This document shows, in pieces, positions 13,386 to 28,960 of a stretch of 64,000 nt of DNA. Numbering within the stretch: position 1 is the first letter of the stretch; every line of letters starts with the position of its first letter. The position numbers and the translations under genes were made by a program. The stretch is from Octopus vulgaris (lineage: Eukaryota): NCBI GenBank assembly GCA_951406725.2, contig OX597816.1, positions 51,212,001 through 51,276,000 of the forward strand, given 5' to 3'. Below the pieces are notes generated by a model, which worked only from the letters and a program-made list of their open reading frames with translations, ran no database searches and was not told the origin of the DNA.

Positions 13386-14573
13386 GGTCTACATTGCACG
13401 TGGTAGTATCGCTTATGTGAGATAATCTGGTATGATTTAATTGAAAGGTTCCTACGTGTCGCAGCTCAAATGACATGCTATAAATAACGACTAAATTATG
13501 CTATATCAAATATTTACATACGACACAACTATATACTTAAATTTACATTACGTAATATGATCCCATAAGTATCGAAAAAAGTTGGAATGGTGAAGGATCG
13601 AAATCTTTAAATCAAGAACTTTATTAATCAGTGCTGAAATCACTGGTGCAATAACAATATCGGGTAATCATTATAACAACTAGAGACAAGGCAATTATTT
13701 CCATAATTAATCTTAGCTCTATGTGGGTTGTTTTGTAGAAAGTTGCGTCTTTTCTATACTTTGTGTTGTCCTTGTAATTACATCTACTTTAACGTAGCTT
13801 ACTAATAATATGTGTGGAGTCAGTTTTAGATTATATAGGATTGTGTGTTATGTTTTAGAGCGAGCTCTGTTCGACATTCAGCTTTCTTTTTAGTACTGAT
13901 TTTTCATATTTTGATTTTGAAAAATGTATATTTACTTTCAAGCATATGCCCGATTTTATTATCGCTTCAACCTCTCCTCGGCCTCATTCTGCATGAAATG
14001 AAGATAATGGTGCGTTGATACTGTGTTTTATAGTTGGCTTTAAGAGATCATAGGGATGATATCGGAATTGATAAAATCATAAATGACTGATCCAAAATTG
14101 TTTATGAGTTTAGATACGCTCAGTGTATGTTTCACGTGTTCTACACCTGAGTATTGATTTTTGTTAAGATTTTTGCTATTAATAGAACTCCCCAAACTAA
14201 CCTATACATATCTTTGTAGAATTTCTTACAGGTTGGTTGTGTTATCACCTATGAATGCAATCGCATTTCATACTCTGTTCAATTGATTGTAAGTGTTAAT
14301 ATGTTTGTTTGTGTATATAGATGTCTACATACATTCATGCTTCAATCTATATACACATGTGATATTGCATGAATATAAGTGAGCAATGTGTATGTATATA
14401 TGTGCGCGTGTATGCATATGTACACATATAAGTAGAAGTGTATGTATTAAACGAACGCGCGCATACACATACATTTTTATATGTGTGCCTGTGTATTTTC
14501 GTGTGTTTTAATACGGGGCTGAAATAAACGGAAGAGAGTTGGTGAGAAAGTAACACCATGAAGAAGGTAATAA

Positions 14574-14796
14574 AATAAAAATAAATGCGCCCTTTTAAAG
14601 CCTAGACAGGTTCATGGATCCGGTTTCCCGGTTTCTATGGCGTATGTATTCCCCAGCTGGATGGGACGTCAGTTCATCGCAGTGTTACTCATTTTTGCCA
14701 GCTGAGTGGACTGCAGCAACGTGAAATGAAGTGTTTTGCTCAAGGCCACAACGCGTCGCCCGGTCCAGGAATCGAAACCACAATCTTACGATCATG
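14574..14796 (-). mobile_element. 5'-truncated tRNA-derived SINE with 16-bp TSD
   Basis: B-box ggtttcgattcc, central domain shared with the 19966 and 55218 SINEs. TSD atgaagaaggtaataa at 14558-14573 and 14797-14812. Confidence 0.85.
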
Positions 14797-15920
14797 ATGA
14801 AGAAGGTAATAACAGTTTGTAGCTTGAAAAGACGTAGAAAGTAGGGAGTTTGATAATAAACGACAACGGAATGTACAGTGTTACAGAAAAAGCAAATCTT
14901 AGCTAATGAGTTAGATAATCACGAGGGAACGACTCAACATATATATACCTATCCAAACTAAAAACAACACAAAATGTAAGCGCATTTAACTAAATTGTAA
15001 ACCCATTAATTACAGCAGTTAGACTTTCTTGTTTTGCTAAGCCTTAGAAATAACAGCCGAAACATCCTATAACCTATAAGGTACATTCTAGCAATATAAA
15101 AGCGAATGACCTATTAGGTGCAAAAGAAATCTATATTATAATTCTACTTATTCGTTCGTTTATACATTAGGCTTGATTTAGTTATAGAAATAGGGATGTG
15201 GAGTGACTAAGAATTGAGAGAAGGACGGGGAATGAGAGAGTTTGAGAGGAATGACAGAGGTGGAGAAAGTGGAGGGGGTGGAATGTGTGAAAGATGGAGT
15301 GAAAGGTACAGGGAGGAGGAGTAAAAAAAAAGAAATATAGAACAGTGAAGTGAGAAAGAAATAGAGAATGCGTTATGCTGTCACGTAGCTAGGTGAATGT
15401 TGAAGCGAAGAGCGAAAGATAAAGAATTAATAGTTATTGCATGATTACGTGATTAACAAAATAGCTGAACGGGGAAATATAGAGAAAGTGAGTTAGAAAT
15501 ACAATGTTTAACCGAGTGGTTACGGTCTGGTAATGAAGTTAAAGAAAGTCAGATAGATAGTCAGGGGGAGAGAGAAAAAGAGAGAGAGAGGCAGTTATTT
15601 TGAGAGTGAAATCCAGAGAAGAGAGAGAAATAGTAGTGAAGTATTTGCTAGCCGAGGCATTAAGGTGTCACGGGATTAGTAAAAGTGAGATGTAAAGAGA
15701 AAGAGAGAAATGATAATGACGTGAAGAAGGGGATTAAATGGTAAAAAATCTGTTGAGGTAAGGAATAAAGGTAGAGAGAAAATGAAAGAGGGGTAAATAT
15801 AAAATATTCAGCGGAGGGGAATGTTGAACATCATTTGTCGGAGTTGATAATACATTGGCAGATAGAAAAGTAGATATGAAACAAACAACTGGCCTGAAAT
15901 GTAGTGAAAAACGGTCTTGG

Positions 15921-16042
15921 TTGGCAAGCAATTTAGACTGGTGTGTGTTACAGAAAACTAGAATGACGACGATGATGGTGATGGAAGTGGGGTGGTGAAA
16001 AATGTAGTATTTTTTTATTGAACTTAATTTTTTCATCACCTA
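15921..16042 (+). repeat. Dispersed direct repeat, copy 1 (copy 2 at ~17799-17940)
   Basis: ttggcaagcaatttaga..gttacagaaaactagaat(GAT)n..aacttaattttttcatcacct shared between both loci. Confidence 0.7.
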
Positions 16043-17320
16043 CTTCTTAAATCACACGCATATATGCAATTATTTCTAATCTACTTTCTTGGAAATTGAT
16101 GTTTGGTCATATAATATGGAGGTTACTGTTCTGGCTGTCTGCGAATTCGATCTGCATCAGCTTTCTTTTCTCTTTGTAACTTGAAGAGTGAAACTTTGTC
16201 TTCAAATAGGTTAAAAATATATGGGCATTGAAGATAATAAGTTTGTATTTTCATAGATCCAATTTACTCTATTGGTACATTGGTATACCCTCGGTTTCCC
16301 CGTTCCTTATTTTGTGTATATCAGAAAGTAGATACGATAGGAAAGCTGACTGAAAGTTCAACAGTTTCTTATACTATATGACAATCTAGACATATTCACA
16401 ATGGGAAATCATTTAACACTCAGAGGATCAATCAGATGGTCTGGCTGTATGCCAGTTTATCAACGTATTCAGTATTTGTGTGTTTCGAACCTTCAAGCTT
16501 TTTACTCTGTTTTTCTCATCTCTTACCTTAGCTTTCTCACATATAGAATTATGTGTCGTGTAACTGTGCGCTGTGAACCATATTTTATGTTTCTAACTTA
16601 TGAATAATGTTTAAATATATTCTAGTAATATTAAAAGCTATGGCACTAAATGGCAGCTAATGCCAGGCTAACATAATGTCTTATTTTCTTGATATCCCTA
16701 CAACATTTTAGCTTTATTGTGGGGTAAATGGAGTTAAGATAATCATAATGTATTGCTTTCCACATGCCCTTTCAACGTTGATTATATTTTGCGTGCGACT
16801 GTGTAATAGGAAATGTTTCATTGGTCTTAATTTGTATAAATTCATAAAAAAAAAGACATTGATTTATCTCATAATTTATTCGATTAATGACTCTTCCATA
16901 CTAAGCAGGGTATCTAATTGATTTAATTCAATTCACGTTATTCCGGGGTGAATTTAATGTGAAATTAGCGTATATATTTGATTGTAATCCTAGAACAACT
17001 TGTGATTTGAATCCATATGTTGCATTTGCATTTGCTAAACATCATCTTCTTTGGTGCAACTATTCAAGTTGATATATGAAAGGATTTCTTCATGAAATCT
17101 ACTAATCGAGGCTCCATCTATTGCAATTATTTATGGTGAATTTAAAGAAAAGAATATTCAAAATCATATTTTACAATTTCGTAAAATCTCATGGATTAGA
17201 ACACAACATGTTAAATATTCCGAGAATGTATTTGTCAAACAACTATCAACTCATAAAGTATCGTGCAATTTTGACGAAGCTAATACTTTCTCTTTCATTA
17301 ATTCTTTTCACAATTTTAGC

Positions 17321-17559
17321 TTACTCTTTTACTCTTTTACCTGTTTCAGTCATTTTGACTGCGGCCATGCTAGAGCACCACCTTTAGTCAAGCAAATCGA
17401 CCCCAGGACTTATTATTCGTAAGCCTACTACTTATTCTATCGGTCACGTTTGCCGAACCGCTAAGTTACAGGGACGTAAATACACAAGCATCGGTTGTCA
17501 AGCGATGTTGGGGGGAGGCAAATGCAGACACAAACATACTCGCACGCACACACACACAA

Positions 17560-17621
<62 letters not shown>

Positions 17622-17785
17622 CGACGGGTTTCATTCAGTTTCCGTCTACCAAATCCACTCACAAGGCTTTGGTCGGCCCGAGGCTATAGTAGAAGACCCT
17701 TGTTCATGGTCCCACGCAGTGGGACTGAAGCGGGAACCATGTGGCTGGTAAGCAAGCTACTTACCACACAGCCACGCTTACGCCT
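17321..17785 (-). mobile_element. Full-length tRNA-derived SINE (abundant Octopus-type family) with internal (CA)n(TA)n
   Basis: Head aggcgtaagcgtggctgtgtggtaag..ttcagtccc, tail (aaaagagt)n. Further copies at 26365, 26678, 43378, 52281 and 58657. Confidence 0.85.
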
Positions 17786-19965
17786 GTTTACAATTCGCTT
17801 GGCAAGCAACTTAGATTGATGTTTGTTACTGAAAACTAGAATCATGATGATGATGATGGTGGTGAAAACGATAATAGTGATTCAGGTGGGTTGTTGAAAA
17901 TTGTAGTTTTTTTTATTAAACTTAATTTTTTTATCACCTGCATTAGAGCATTTATATTATCGTGTGTACGTCACATTCGACTTTGCTTTGCATTTTACAG
18001 AAGTTGCGGTCAATTGGTCATTGGATACAGGACGATTCCTAACAATGTGCCTTGAAGCAGTTTGCTACGTCTCTTATACATACTAATTTAAAATATTCAT
18101 TTGTATTATCCATACGCCGTTTCTAACTATTTGTGAAATTTTGCCAATATAAGAAACCAGCCTTGTACCTTATAACAGCATATCGATATTTACTCAACAA
18201 AAGATTTAAAAGAGAATTTAAAAACTCTTTTGTGTGGTAATGAAATGTTACATTTTGTGATTATTTCAATGTTTCAAGCTTTACAGTTTATAATTTAAAA
18301 AACTAAGATCATACTTAGTGTTATTCATTATCGATTTCAGAACACTTGGTAGATTACATTTTGTGTATAACATTGACAATGTTTGTATTTTGCCTACGGA
18401 CAACGGGTAATTTAACCTAATTACCGAATGTGCGTATATGAGTTACAAGAATGTAACTGGATTTATTTATGAAATAATATATATATATATAAGAATGATA
18501 TTTCTTCTACGAAATATAAATATATATTCATTTTAATATTCCCATTGAAATCGTACGTTACATAAGGCCGAATATGAAACATTTCTTCTTTTACTAATTA
18601 TGAACAGGATATTAAATACTGCTGGTACCGTTCCTCCTCAGGAAGAGACAAATATACGTTTATCAAATATATAGTTGAGACCGAAAGTTTAGAATATTAG
18701 TTTATCATTTATGCCAAACCAAACAGTCAGCCATATGATATTGCTAAAATTTCAAACTCCATATTAAATATATTCACATACCTTTCTGATATATGTAACG
18801 GTTACAAATTTTTGGATTGTTATTTAGGTCAATACAAGATGAGATTTCATTGTGTATCACGAAGTAGCTGACATGAAATTATCTGAGACGATGGGGTGTT
18901 TAGGTGAGTGCGAGTAAAAAACGCCTCGGTCCAAAAATCGGAAACTCACCTTAACGTTCTTAAATCCAGTAGGGCAATCACCGTACTACACTCTACCACT
19001 CGAAAAGAAAACTCAAATGAAAGTGCACCAAAACTTATTCCTGATTATTTCGCGTGCTGTACTGACTTGAAATGTGCCTCCCCCCCCCCCCACATCAATA
19101 AAGAATGAACTTTATTATTTTATTCATTCTTAGAGACTAAAATACGTTACAATAAATAAATGATATTATTTCCGTCTCTAGTTCAAATTGCAATTAAATG
19201 CAAGACATTATTGCAAGGCGTGATTTATTCACTGCTCTGGTGTTAGGTTAATAATGTATAAACATGTATGTTTTTCACCTTTTACAATTATGTAGAAGCC
19301 TATTTGATCCGAAATTTACCGTACGATAAGGCTAAACGATATTATATACATTATGTATACAATTCGCTTTCACAAAATTGCCCTCTTGTAACACACTTCT
19401 TTCTATGATAAGCATCTGTATGTCTCGGATTAATAAACGAGTTTAATGGTACAAGCTTAAACAGCTGGAAATTAAGGATAAAGATGACATGAAAACTATA
19501 TAACTTATTTAATTTAAGGAGTTCCGATAAAGGCAATCTAAAATGATTTAATCTTATATCATAATTTAGTATGCATCCGGATGATATGATTAATGTCTAC
19601 ATGACAAATAGGTGCCTGAGAATTTTGTGTAATAGAATGAGGTTAGGATCTGAATATAAAAGAAAATTAAATTACCTTGAATAACGGTATCTTAAATAAT
19701 GATAGTACATATATTCTAAAATCAATAAGATTTATAGAAGGTAACCAAATGACAGATTTACAGATATAGACATTAATTTGATGATCTCTGAACTTTGTGG
19801 AGGTCCCTACATGGCAAGCTGATTAAAAAGACCAGGACTAGAAACCGAAAATATTCCTTTTTGTATGCGTATGTGTAGCTTTTGATATATACGCATGCTT
19901 ATGACTATAAACTAAATGCCTTCTCATGATATACTGTATTTCTTTTCAATTATGACTAGTATGGT

Positions 19966-20278
19966 GAAGGCGCATGACTCAGTGGTTAGAGCAGCGAGCT
20001 TACGATCGTAAGATTGTGAGTTCGATTCCCAGACCGGGCTGTGTATCGTTTTCTTGAACAAGACACTTCATTTCACGTTGCTCCAGTTCACTCAGCTGTA
20101 GAAATGAGTTGCCACATTACTGGTGCCAAACTGTATTGGCCCCTTTGCCTTTCCCTTGCATAACATCAGTGGTGTGGAGAGGGAAGGCTGGTATGCATGG
20201 GCGACTACAGATAAACAACCTTGCCCGGATTCTTGTCACGGAGAGTAACTTTCTAGGTGCAATCTTATGGTCATTCAT
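19966..20278 (+). mobile_element. tRNA-derived SINE
   Basis: A-box tgactcagtgg, B-box gagttcgattcc, central domain cttgaacaagacacttcatttcacgttgctccagttcactcagctg. Confidence 0.8.
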
Positions 20279-20532
20279 TATATCTATTATGAATGGTTTA
20301 AAATAAACAACGGTGTCAGGTTAATTATAAATAGAGCACTAATACTTAAAAGCCACGTCATTACGTCACACGATTTACGAAGATAATACTTGTTCCTCAC
20401 CTCTCTGAAATCTATTCTCACCTCGGTCGCGAGTTGAGTCTCGTGTAAAACCTCTAAAGACAATACATATTAAGTTCTCTTTTTGTAATTTATACGGAAA
20501 AAAGGGATTTCATATATGAACTTCACACACAC

Positions 20533-20570
<38 letters not shown>

Positions 20571-20594
20571 TTATCTACATGTACGTATATATGT

Positions 20595-20655
<61 letters not shown>

Positions 20656-20661
20656 GATAGA

Positions 20662-21070
20662 TCAGAAAAACAAAGAATGGAATAAGAACTTCTTAACAGG
20701 CGACAACAAAACATTCGGACAGTTAGACGATACAAAAGAGACAGGAAAAAATAAGGACGGGTCATTAGGAGTTTTGAATCTTCAGTCGAGTACCAGATCA
20801 TCTTTACAGTTTCGGCTGGTTACTTCCGTGCCTGCTCTAATCTGGTTGGCCCCAAGAAAATCTAAGCTAAAAGTACTAGATTCTTTGGATGAGAGCAAGC
20901 GAATGAATACGAATACGAGAAAGAAAAAGAGAGAAAAGGTACACAATTACAACTACACACAACAGGACATTAACAACAAGTGTCTTTCGACTGAGCACGA
21001 ATTAAATTAAGCTGGCGTGCGTGAAAGTGAAGCCTTACGGCAGTATCATACCGGATGAAGGTCATGGGAA
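20662..21070 (-). mobile_element. PLE-like terminal repeat fragment (second short copy at 21388-21465)
   Basis: acaggcgacaacaaaacattcggacagttagacgatacaaaag is repeated at ~21420; microsatellite-flanked; HHR-like GAAAC-tGTA half on the minus strand. Confidence 0.45.
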
Positions 21071-21467
21071 GGAATTTAAGAGATACCATACATATGGTAG
21101 TCGAATCAAAAAGGAAAGGTCAGGCTTGGTAAAAAAATTAGGGAAGGACGAGAAAGTGAAAAATATAGGAAAGGGAGAGAGTGAGTAAATGAGGGGTGAT
21201 AGTGATGAGAACGAAGGGCAGGCCAAGAAATGTGAGAGATGGTGCGAGCGAGAAAAAGAAAGAAAAGTGATATGAACGAAGGAAGTGTGAAATGAAAGAG
21301 TAAAACTGTCGTACAGAATTTATATATATATATATATGTACTTATATACAGAAAAAGATTGTACGTACGCCGTTATGTGTATATATTTTAAAAAAAACAA
21401 AAAAGGGGACAAGAACGTAACAGGCAACAACAAAACATTCGGACGGTTAGACGATACAAAAGGGCTG

Positions 21468-23545
<2,078 letters not shown>

Positions 23546-23655
23546 GCTGCATTAGAAATCTGTAATGGCTCTATTACTACTGTCTCGGCTATAACCTTGG
23601 AGCCCAGTAATCAGTTACAGCACTTACCTGGCGTACCTAATCGTTTAGATCACCT

Positions 23656-23694
<39 letters not shown>

Positions 23695-23791
23695 ACATTA
23701 CTGTATGGTTAACACCATATAGTTTTCTGGTGCATCTAAGTTAAGTACTACATTCAAGTAAATTCATTGGAATTGACTTGAATCTTAATTG

Positions 23792-23848
<57 letters not shown>

Positions 23849-24081
23849 TTATTTATTTATTTAATCAATTTAGGGTAGTAAAAAATTCAATAGGAATTTA
23901 TCGCTACCAGCGGCCTAGTGGAAAAGAGAAAATAGTCAAAGACTAAAATATATAAATATAACAATTTAGGAGTGGCCTTAACAGGCCATTCGTCCACTAG
24001 AGAGAGCAGCCAGAACTCAAACCGCCAAGCAGTATTAATTCAGAAATTAGGTGAAAATTTAAAAACATTTACCCTAATTCA

Positions 24082-24183
24082 TCTTTTAGACGATGCATCG
24101 TTTCTGTGTTGTTAAATGATAAACTAGCTTAATTAAATTAAATTAAGCTAATCTACCATAGGTCACACTTCATCAGTAAAAGA
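24082..24183 (-). ncRNA. Type I hammerhead ribozyme, canonical core (copy 1)
   Basis: Reverse complement of 24609-24710 with one change in the stem II loop. Confidence 0.85.
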
Positions 24184-24608
24184 CCTAGGAGAGACAAATA
24201 TACACGAGGCGTCTGTATCAATGCCTCCGGAATATCTGTCTTAAAATTTTCAAGACCAACGTGTTCGCGCCAACCCATCAGCAGTAAATATAAACTGCCG
24301 ATTCAATCTCAGAATTAGTCAGAAAATTATCAATTAATTTATATATTTATATATTTATATATTTATATATTTTAGTCTTTTGACTATTTTCTCTTTTCCA
24401 CTAGGCCGCTGGTAGCGATAAATTTCTATTGAATTTTTTGCTACCCTAAATTGATTAATTGATAATTTTCTGACTACTTCTGAGATTGAATCGGCAGTTT
24501 ATATTTACTGCTGATGGGTTGGCGCGAACACGCTGGTCTTGAAAATGTTAAGACAGATATTCCGGAGGCATTGATACAGACGCCTCGTGTATATTTGTCT
24601 CTCCTAGG

Positions 24609-24710
24609 TCTTTTACTGATGAAGTGTGACCTATGGTAGATTAGCTTAATTTAATGTAATTAAGCTAGTTTATCATTTAACAACACAGAAACGATGCATC
24701 GTCTAAAAGA
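24609..24710 (+). ncRNA. Type I hammerhead ribozyme, canonical core (copy 2)
   Basis: tctttta-CTGATGA-(long stem II)-GAAAC-gatgcatc-GTC-taaaaga: perfect 7-bp stem I, palindromic stem III ACGATGCATCGT, GUC site at 24701-24703. Confidence 0.9.
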
Positions 24711-24847
24711 TGAATTAGGGTAAATGTTTTAAAATTTTCACCTAATTTCTGAATTAATACTGCTTGGCGGTTTGAGTTCTGGCTGCTCTCTCTAGTGGAC
24801 GAATGGCCTGTTAAGGCCACTCCTAAATTGTTATATATATATATATT

Positions 24848-24928
<81 letters not shown>

Positions 24929-26144
24929 TTATGCATATATATATGCATTGATATATATATACGTATCTACATATGTATATCTTTGAGCGGAATTGGTGAC
25001 AATTACTGACATGTACATTTCGGTTCGTTATATCTCTGCGATTGGAATGCTAGTGGGAATGGCATATCAAATTTTTAACATGGAATATATTCTTCGTAAA
25101 TTTTGTTACGAAAATTCGTACAATATAGTCAAAGAAAATTGTAACGCTATAATCACGAAATCTTGCGAGAAAGTATTCGATTCCCAATTTTCCTCTTGAA
25201 TAATTCACATCAGGATTCTATCTTTATCAATTTAGAATTTACGTGTATTTGTTCTATTTTTCTCCCAAAAGAAATGCAAAATGTATACGAAATCTCCCTT
25301 GAGATTTATGTAGAATATTGTAGCCAAATTACACCAAACTATCGCTATTAATTGATCTAATGTCCACAGATATCACGCACATTGAACAAATAATTCATCT
25401 TATTAACAAAAAAGCCGGACACATGGCTATGCGCAGTAGAACATCCGCTGACTAAAACTTCAACACATAACTTCAAACGTCGACGCGTAAACATATTTAT
25501 GTGCTTTGCGTTAGAAAGAATTTGTCTGCGATATCTAAAAGAAACTCGAAGTATATCGACGCTCACAGACGCACACACATTAAATGCATGTATATATGTG
25601 TAGTATGTGTGCTTTTGGCATGGTTGTGTGCTTTTGGCATGGTTGTGTGTGAGCATATTTAGAATGGTGATACTCTTTGAGTAACTAATCTGTTTTATCG
25701 TTAACTTATTGAAGAGAGAAGAAATAGAAGAAAAAATATAATTCTCTAAAAGAAAGATTATAAACTTTGTGAAAGGTTTCACTTAACAGGATCAGTGTAT
25801 TTCATCCACATTGAATCTCTCAGAAATGGCTGTTATTAGAATCCATATCGACGCAGCTGCAAAGATCTGAGCAAAGGTTAATGTAAGTTTATATCCAATT
25901 ACAATACTAAAACTCTTTGAAGAATTACACAGACATTTAATATCATGTATATTTGATCAATATTGATTTTGCGTTCAATTTCTAAATTTACTTATCGGGG
26001 ATACTAGTTTGCAAAATCATTTAACCCAAATAAGTTTGCAAACAACCGTGTATATAACGCTAAAATACAAACAAATGTCAGTGTAGCTTAAGAAACAAAG
26101 GTCACATGGATTTTTCCAAGTTGCTTGATCAGGATTTGTGTGTT

Positions 26145-26202
<58 letters not shown>

Positions 26203-26213
26203 AATTTAATATT

Positions 26214-26260
<47 letters not shown>

Positions 26261-26267
26261 AATTCAA

Positions 26268-26308
<41 letters not shown>

Positions 26309-26553
26309 GCAGAAATACCCGGCCTGGCTCTGGAATAAGTTGGCATAGTATATTATTGGTGTAGTTCTTTCGGTCACATAATTACGGCCATGCTGGAGCA
26401 CCGCCGTTGATCGGGCAAATTGACCACAAAATTCATTCTTTGTAAGCCTAGTACTTATTCTATCAGCGTCAAGCAATGTTGGGGGTACAGACACAGACAC
26501 AGAAATATATGTGTATATATTTATATATATATATACACATATATATCCATATA

Positions 26554-26592
<39 letters not shown>

Positions 26593-26610
26593 GTATATAT
26601 CCACTTATAT

Positions 26611-26659
<49 letters not shown>

Positions 26660-26677
26660 TGCACGCATGTATAGTTA

Positions 26678-27075
26678 TTTGTTTCTGTCATTTGAGTGTG
26701 GCCATGCTGGAGCACCGCCTTTTATTTGGAGAAATCGACGCCTAGACAAATTCTGTGTAAGTCGGGTGCGTATTCTATCAATGTATTCTTCCGAACCAAT
26801 GAGTTACATTGATGTAAACACGCAAACATCGATATATATGCGATGGTGGCTGGAACAAACAGAGACACAAATACACGCACATACATGTATATATAAATAT
26901 ATATACTAATAGGACCCACTGCTTTCAGTTTCTGTCAGCCAAATCCACTGACATGACTTGGGTCGACCCAAGGCTATAGTAGATGACACTTGCACAAGTT
27001 GACAAGTGGTGAGACTCAAAGCAGAACCATGTAGTTGGGAAGCAAGCTTCTTAGCACACAACTACTCCCGCGCCT
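26678..27075 (-). mobile_element. SINE copy (17321 family); tail-only fragment also at 26365-26500
   Basis: gtggccatgctggagcaccgcc..aaatccactgac..aaggctatagtaga..cgcct. Confidence 0.8.
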
Positions 27076-27151
27076 ATAAATATCTATATCTACCTATCTA
27101 TCTATCTTTACACACATATATATATACCTGCACATGAAAATTCATACATAA

Positions 27152-27210
<59 letters not shown>

Positions 27211-27379
27211 TAGTTATCGCCAAGCTAATATGGTAGTCTATAAATATAAAACTAAAGCTGCCGCTGATTAGCCCCAAGAGGACATAGCCACTAGCTAGCT
27301 ATATGACACATGAACCTGCGTCCATTATAACCTTCGAAATTTTAATATTTCTGTTATATATATGTATATATATATATGT

Positions 27380-27576
27380 GACCTCGTGAAGACTACCTTC
27401 AATTTTTTTTTCCTCTGTCCTCCCGTCTCGGGATCTTTCTTTCTCCTATGTTTCCGACGAAGAGCTCCGCTCGAAACGTCATACCCTCCTTCTTCCATTT
27501 CCTGAGCGCCTAATAATAATAATACTGTAATTGTTCCACGTGATGTTGTTTTTTCTGTTTTCCCGTTTGGATTAAC

Positions 27577-27580
<4 letters not shown>
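27380..27580 (+). mobile_element. PLE terminal fragment with minimal HHR (27450-27484)
   Basis: gttt-CCGACGA-a-gagc-tcc-gctc-GAAAC-GTC-atac, then cctgagcg..ttccacgt as in the 3848 copy; flanked by (TA)n. Confidence 0.7.
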
Positions 27581-27617
<37 letters not shown>

Positions 27618-27692
27618 CATATATATATATACACATATATATATATATATACATACATATATATATACATATATATATATACAATGGTACAA

Positions 27693-27749
<57 letters not shown>

Positions 27750-27779
27750 AAATTTATGTATATATAAAATTCTGTTAAT

Positions 27780-28960
27780 TTCAACTTTATATGTAAGGAT
27801 ATTCACTCGGTGCCAAAATAGGACACACCAGAAATGAACTAGCAAGCATCTAAGGCAAGTCCAGAAGGACATAGGGAAAAGGTGAAAGGTGACACACACT
27901 ACACGCTTCTTAGTTATATTGAAAATCAACGGGTACACTTGATGCATTGCAAATCAGCTAAATACCCAAGATGGCCAACACACCGAAAACATAGAAAACC
28001 CAGCAACACATGCTTCCTTAAAATATTCCATTTTAGCGAGAAGCTAACTACAGCCATCTAAAGAACCATAAGAGGAGAAGGGCTAGACCTACAAAAATGC
28101 CACTCCGGCCCTACTTTGAGAAGACACCTCGCAAAGAAAAGATAAACGGACAACAATCACTGCACACCAACAAAATGTCCCATCCGTGACATAGATGTAT
28201 GCCAACGGTTAAATATTGTGTATAGAATACAATGTAACAAATGCAACAAGTTCTATGTGAATAGCACAACAAGACCTTTACACGCCCGCCTCAAAGAACA
28301 TCTGAACAAGGGGTCTCCTCCTTCGGAAAACAACTAGACATGCGGGAACACCGACAAAAGCATAACAGTCACAATTGAGACCAATGAAAGAAATTTGGGT
28401 AATTTAAGAATTAAGGAAGTTACACTCATACACAGACCAGGGCCAGTAATTAACAACAGGATGAAGGTTGGTAATCAATATATTATTTAGCTACATATGG
28501 ATGCCTGTGGGTTCATTTTTGATAACATGCTCATATATTGTTCATAACAAAAAAGGAAAGAAATGGAGAAGGTGGAAAAAAGGGAAACTGCACGTATAAC
28601 CCATAACTTAGAAGCAGCGCTACTGATATACCAGCACACACGAGATTGAGACGTGGCCTACCTCACGCACTTCTCATGAGGAATTTCGAAAGAAGATTTG
28701 TGAGACTACTGCTGAAACGCTTCCCAGAAAAACAAAGAAAAATCGTTAGAAAACCGATTATAGCAACGACTCCATCAATTCCTAGGGATATTTGAAGATG
28801 GAATTTTATTCCGAAATATATCAGACTATGGATGATTAAATTACAACCATTATTACAAGTCTATTATTCGTATTATAGTGCATTGTTGTGTCATTCAAAA
28901 TATGTTATTCTTTACAAACAATAAACAATGCTTCAAGCGAACTACAATATCCTCCTATCA
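27780..28960 (+). mobile_element. PLE 3' portion: GIY-YIG endonuclease relic plus 3' repeat with HHR (28788-28826)
   Basis: NIVYRIQCNKCNKFYVNSTTRPLHARLKEHLNK at ~28212-28310; downstream TTGAAGA-t-ggaat-ttt-attcc-GAAA-tata-TC. Confidence 0.8.

Larger units (their letters stand above)
23862..24835. mobile_element. Two inverted, circularly permuted copies of a ~480-bp HHR-bearing non-coding unit (retrozyme/pLTR-like)
   Basis: Order is A(23862-23960) B(23955-24338) A'(24340-24457) B'(24454-24835), with about 8 differences between copies; (TA)n on both flanks. Confidence 0.85.

Noticed and set aside
18179-18236. YLLNKRFKREFK resembling GPCR helix 8
   Set aside because: No upstream NPxxY or transmembrane segments in frame; likely chance.
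19966-20040. tRNA-like sequences here and at 39229 and 55145-55218
   Set aside because: A/B boxes run straight into SINE bodies without an acceptor stem; these are SINE heads, not tRNA genes.
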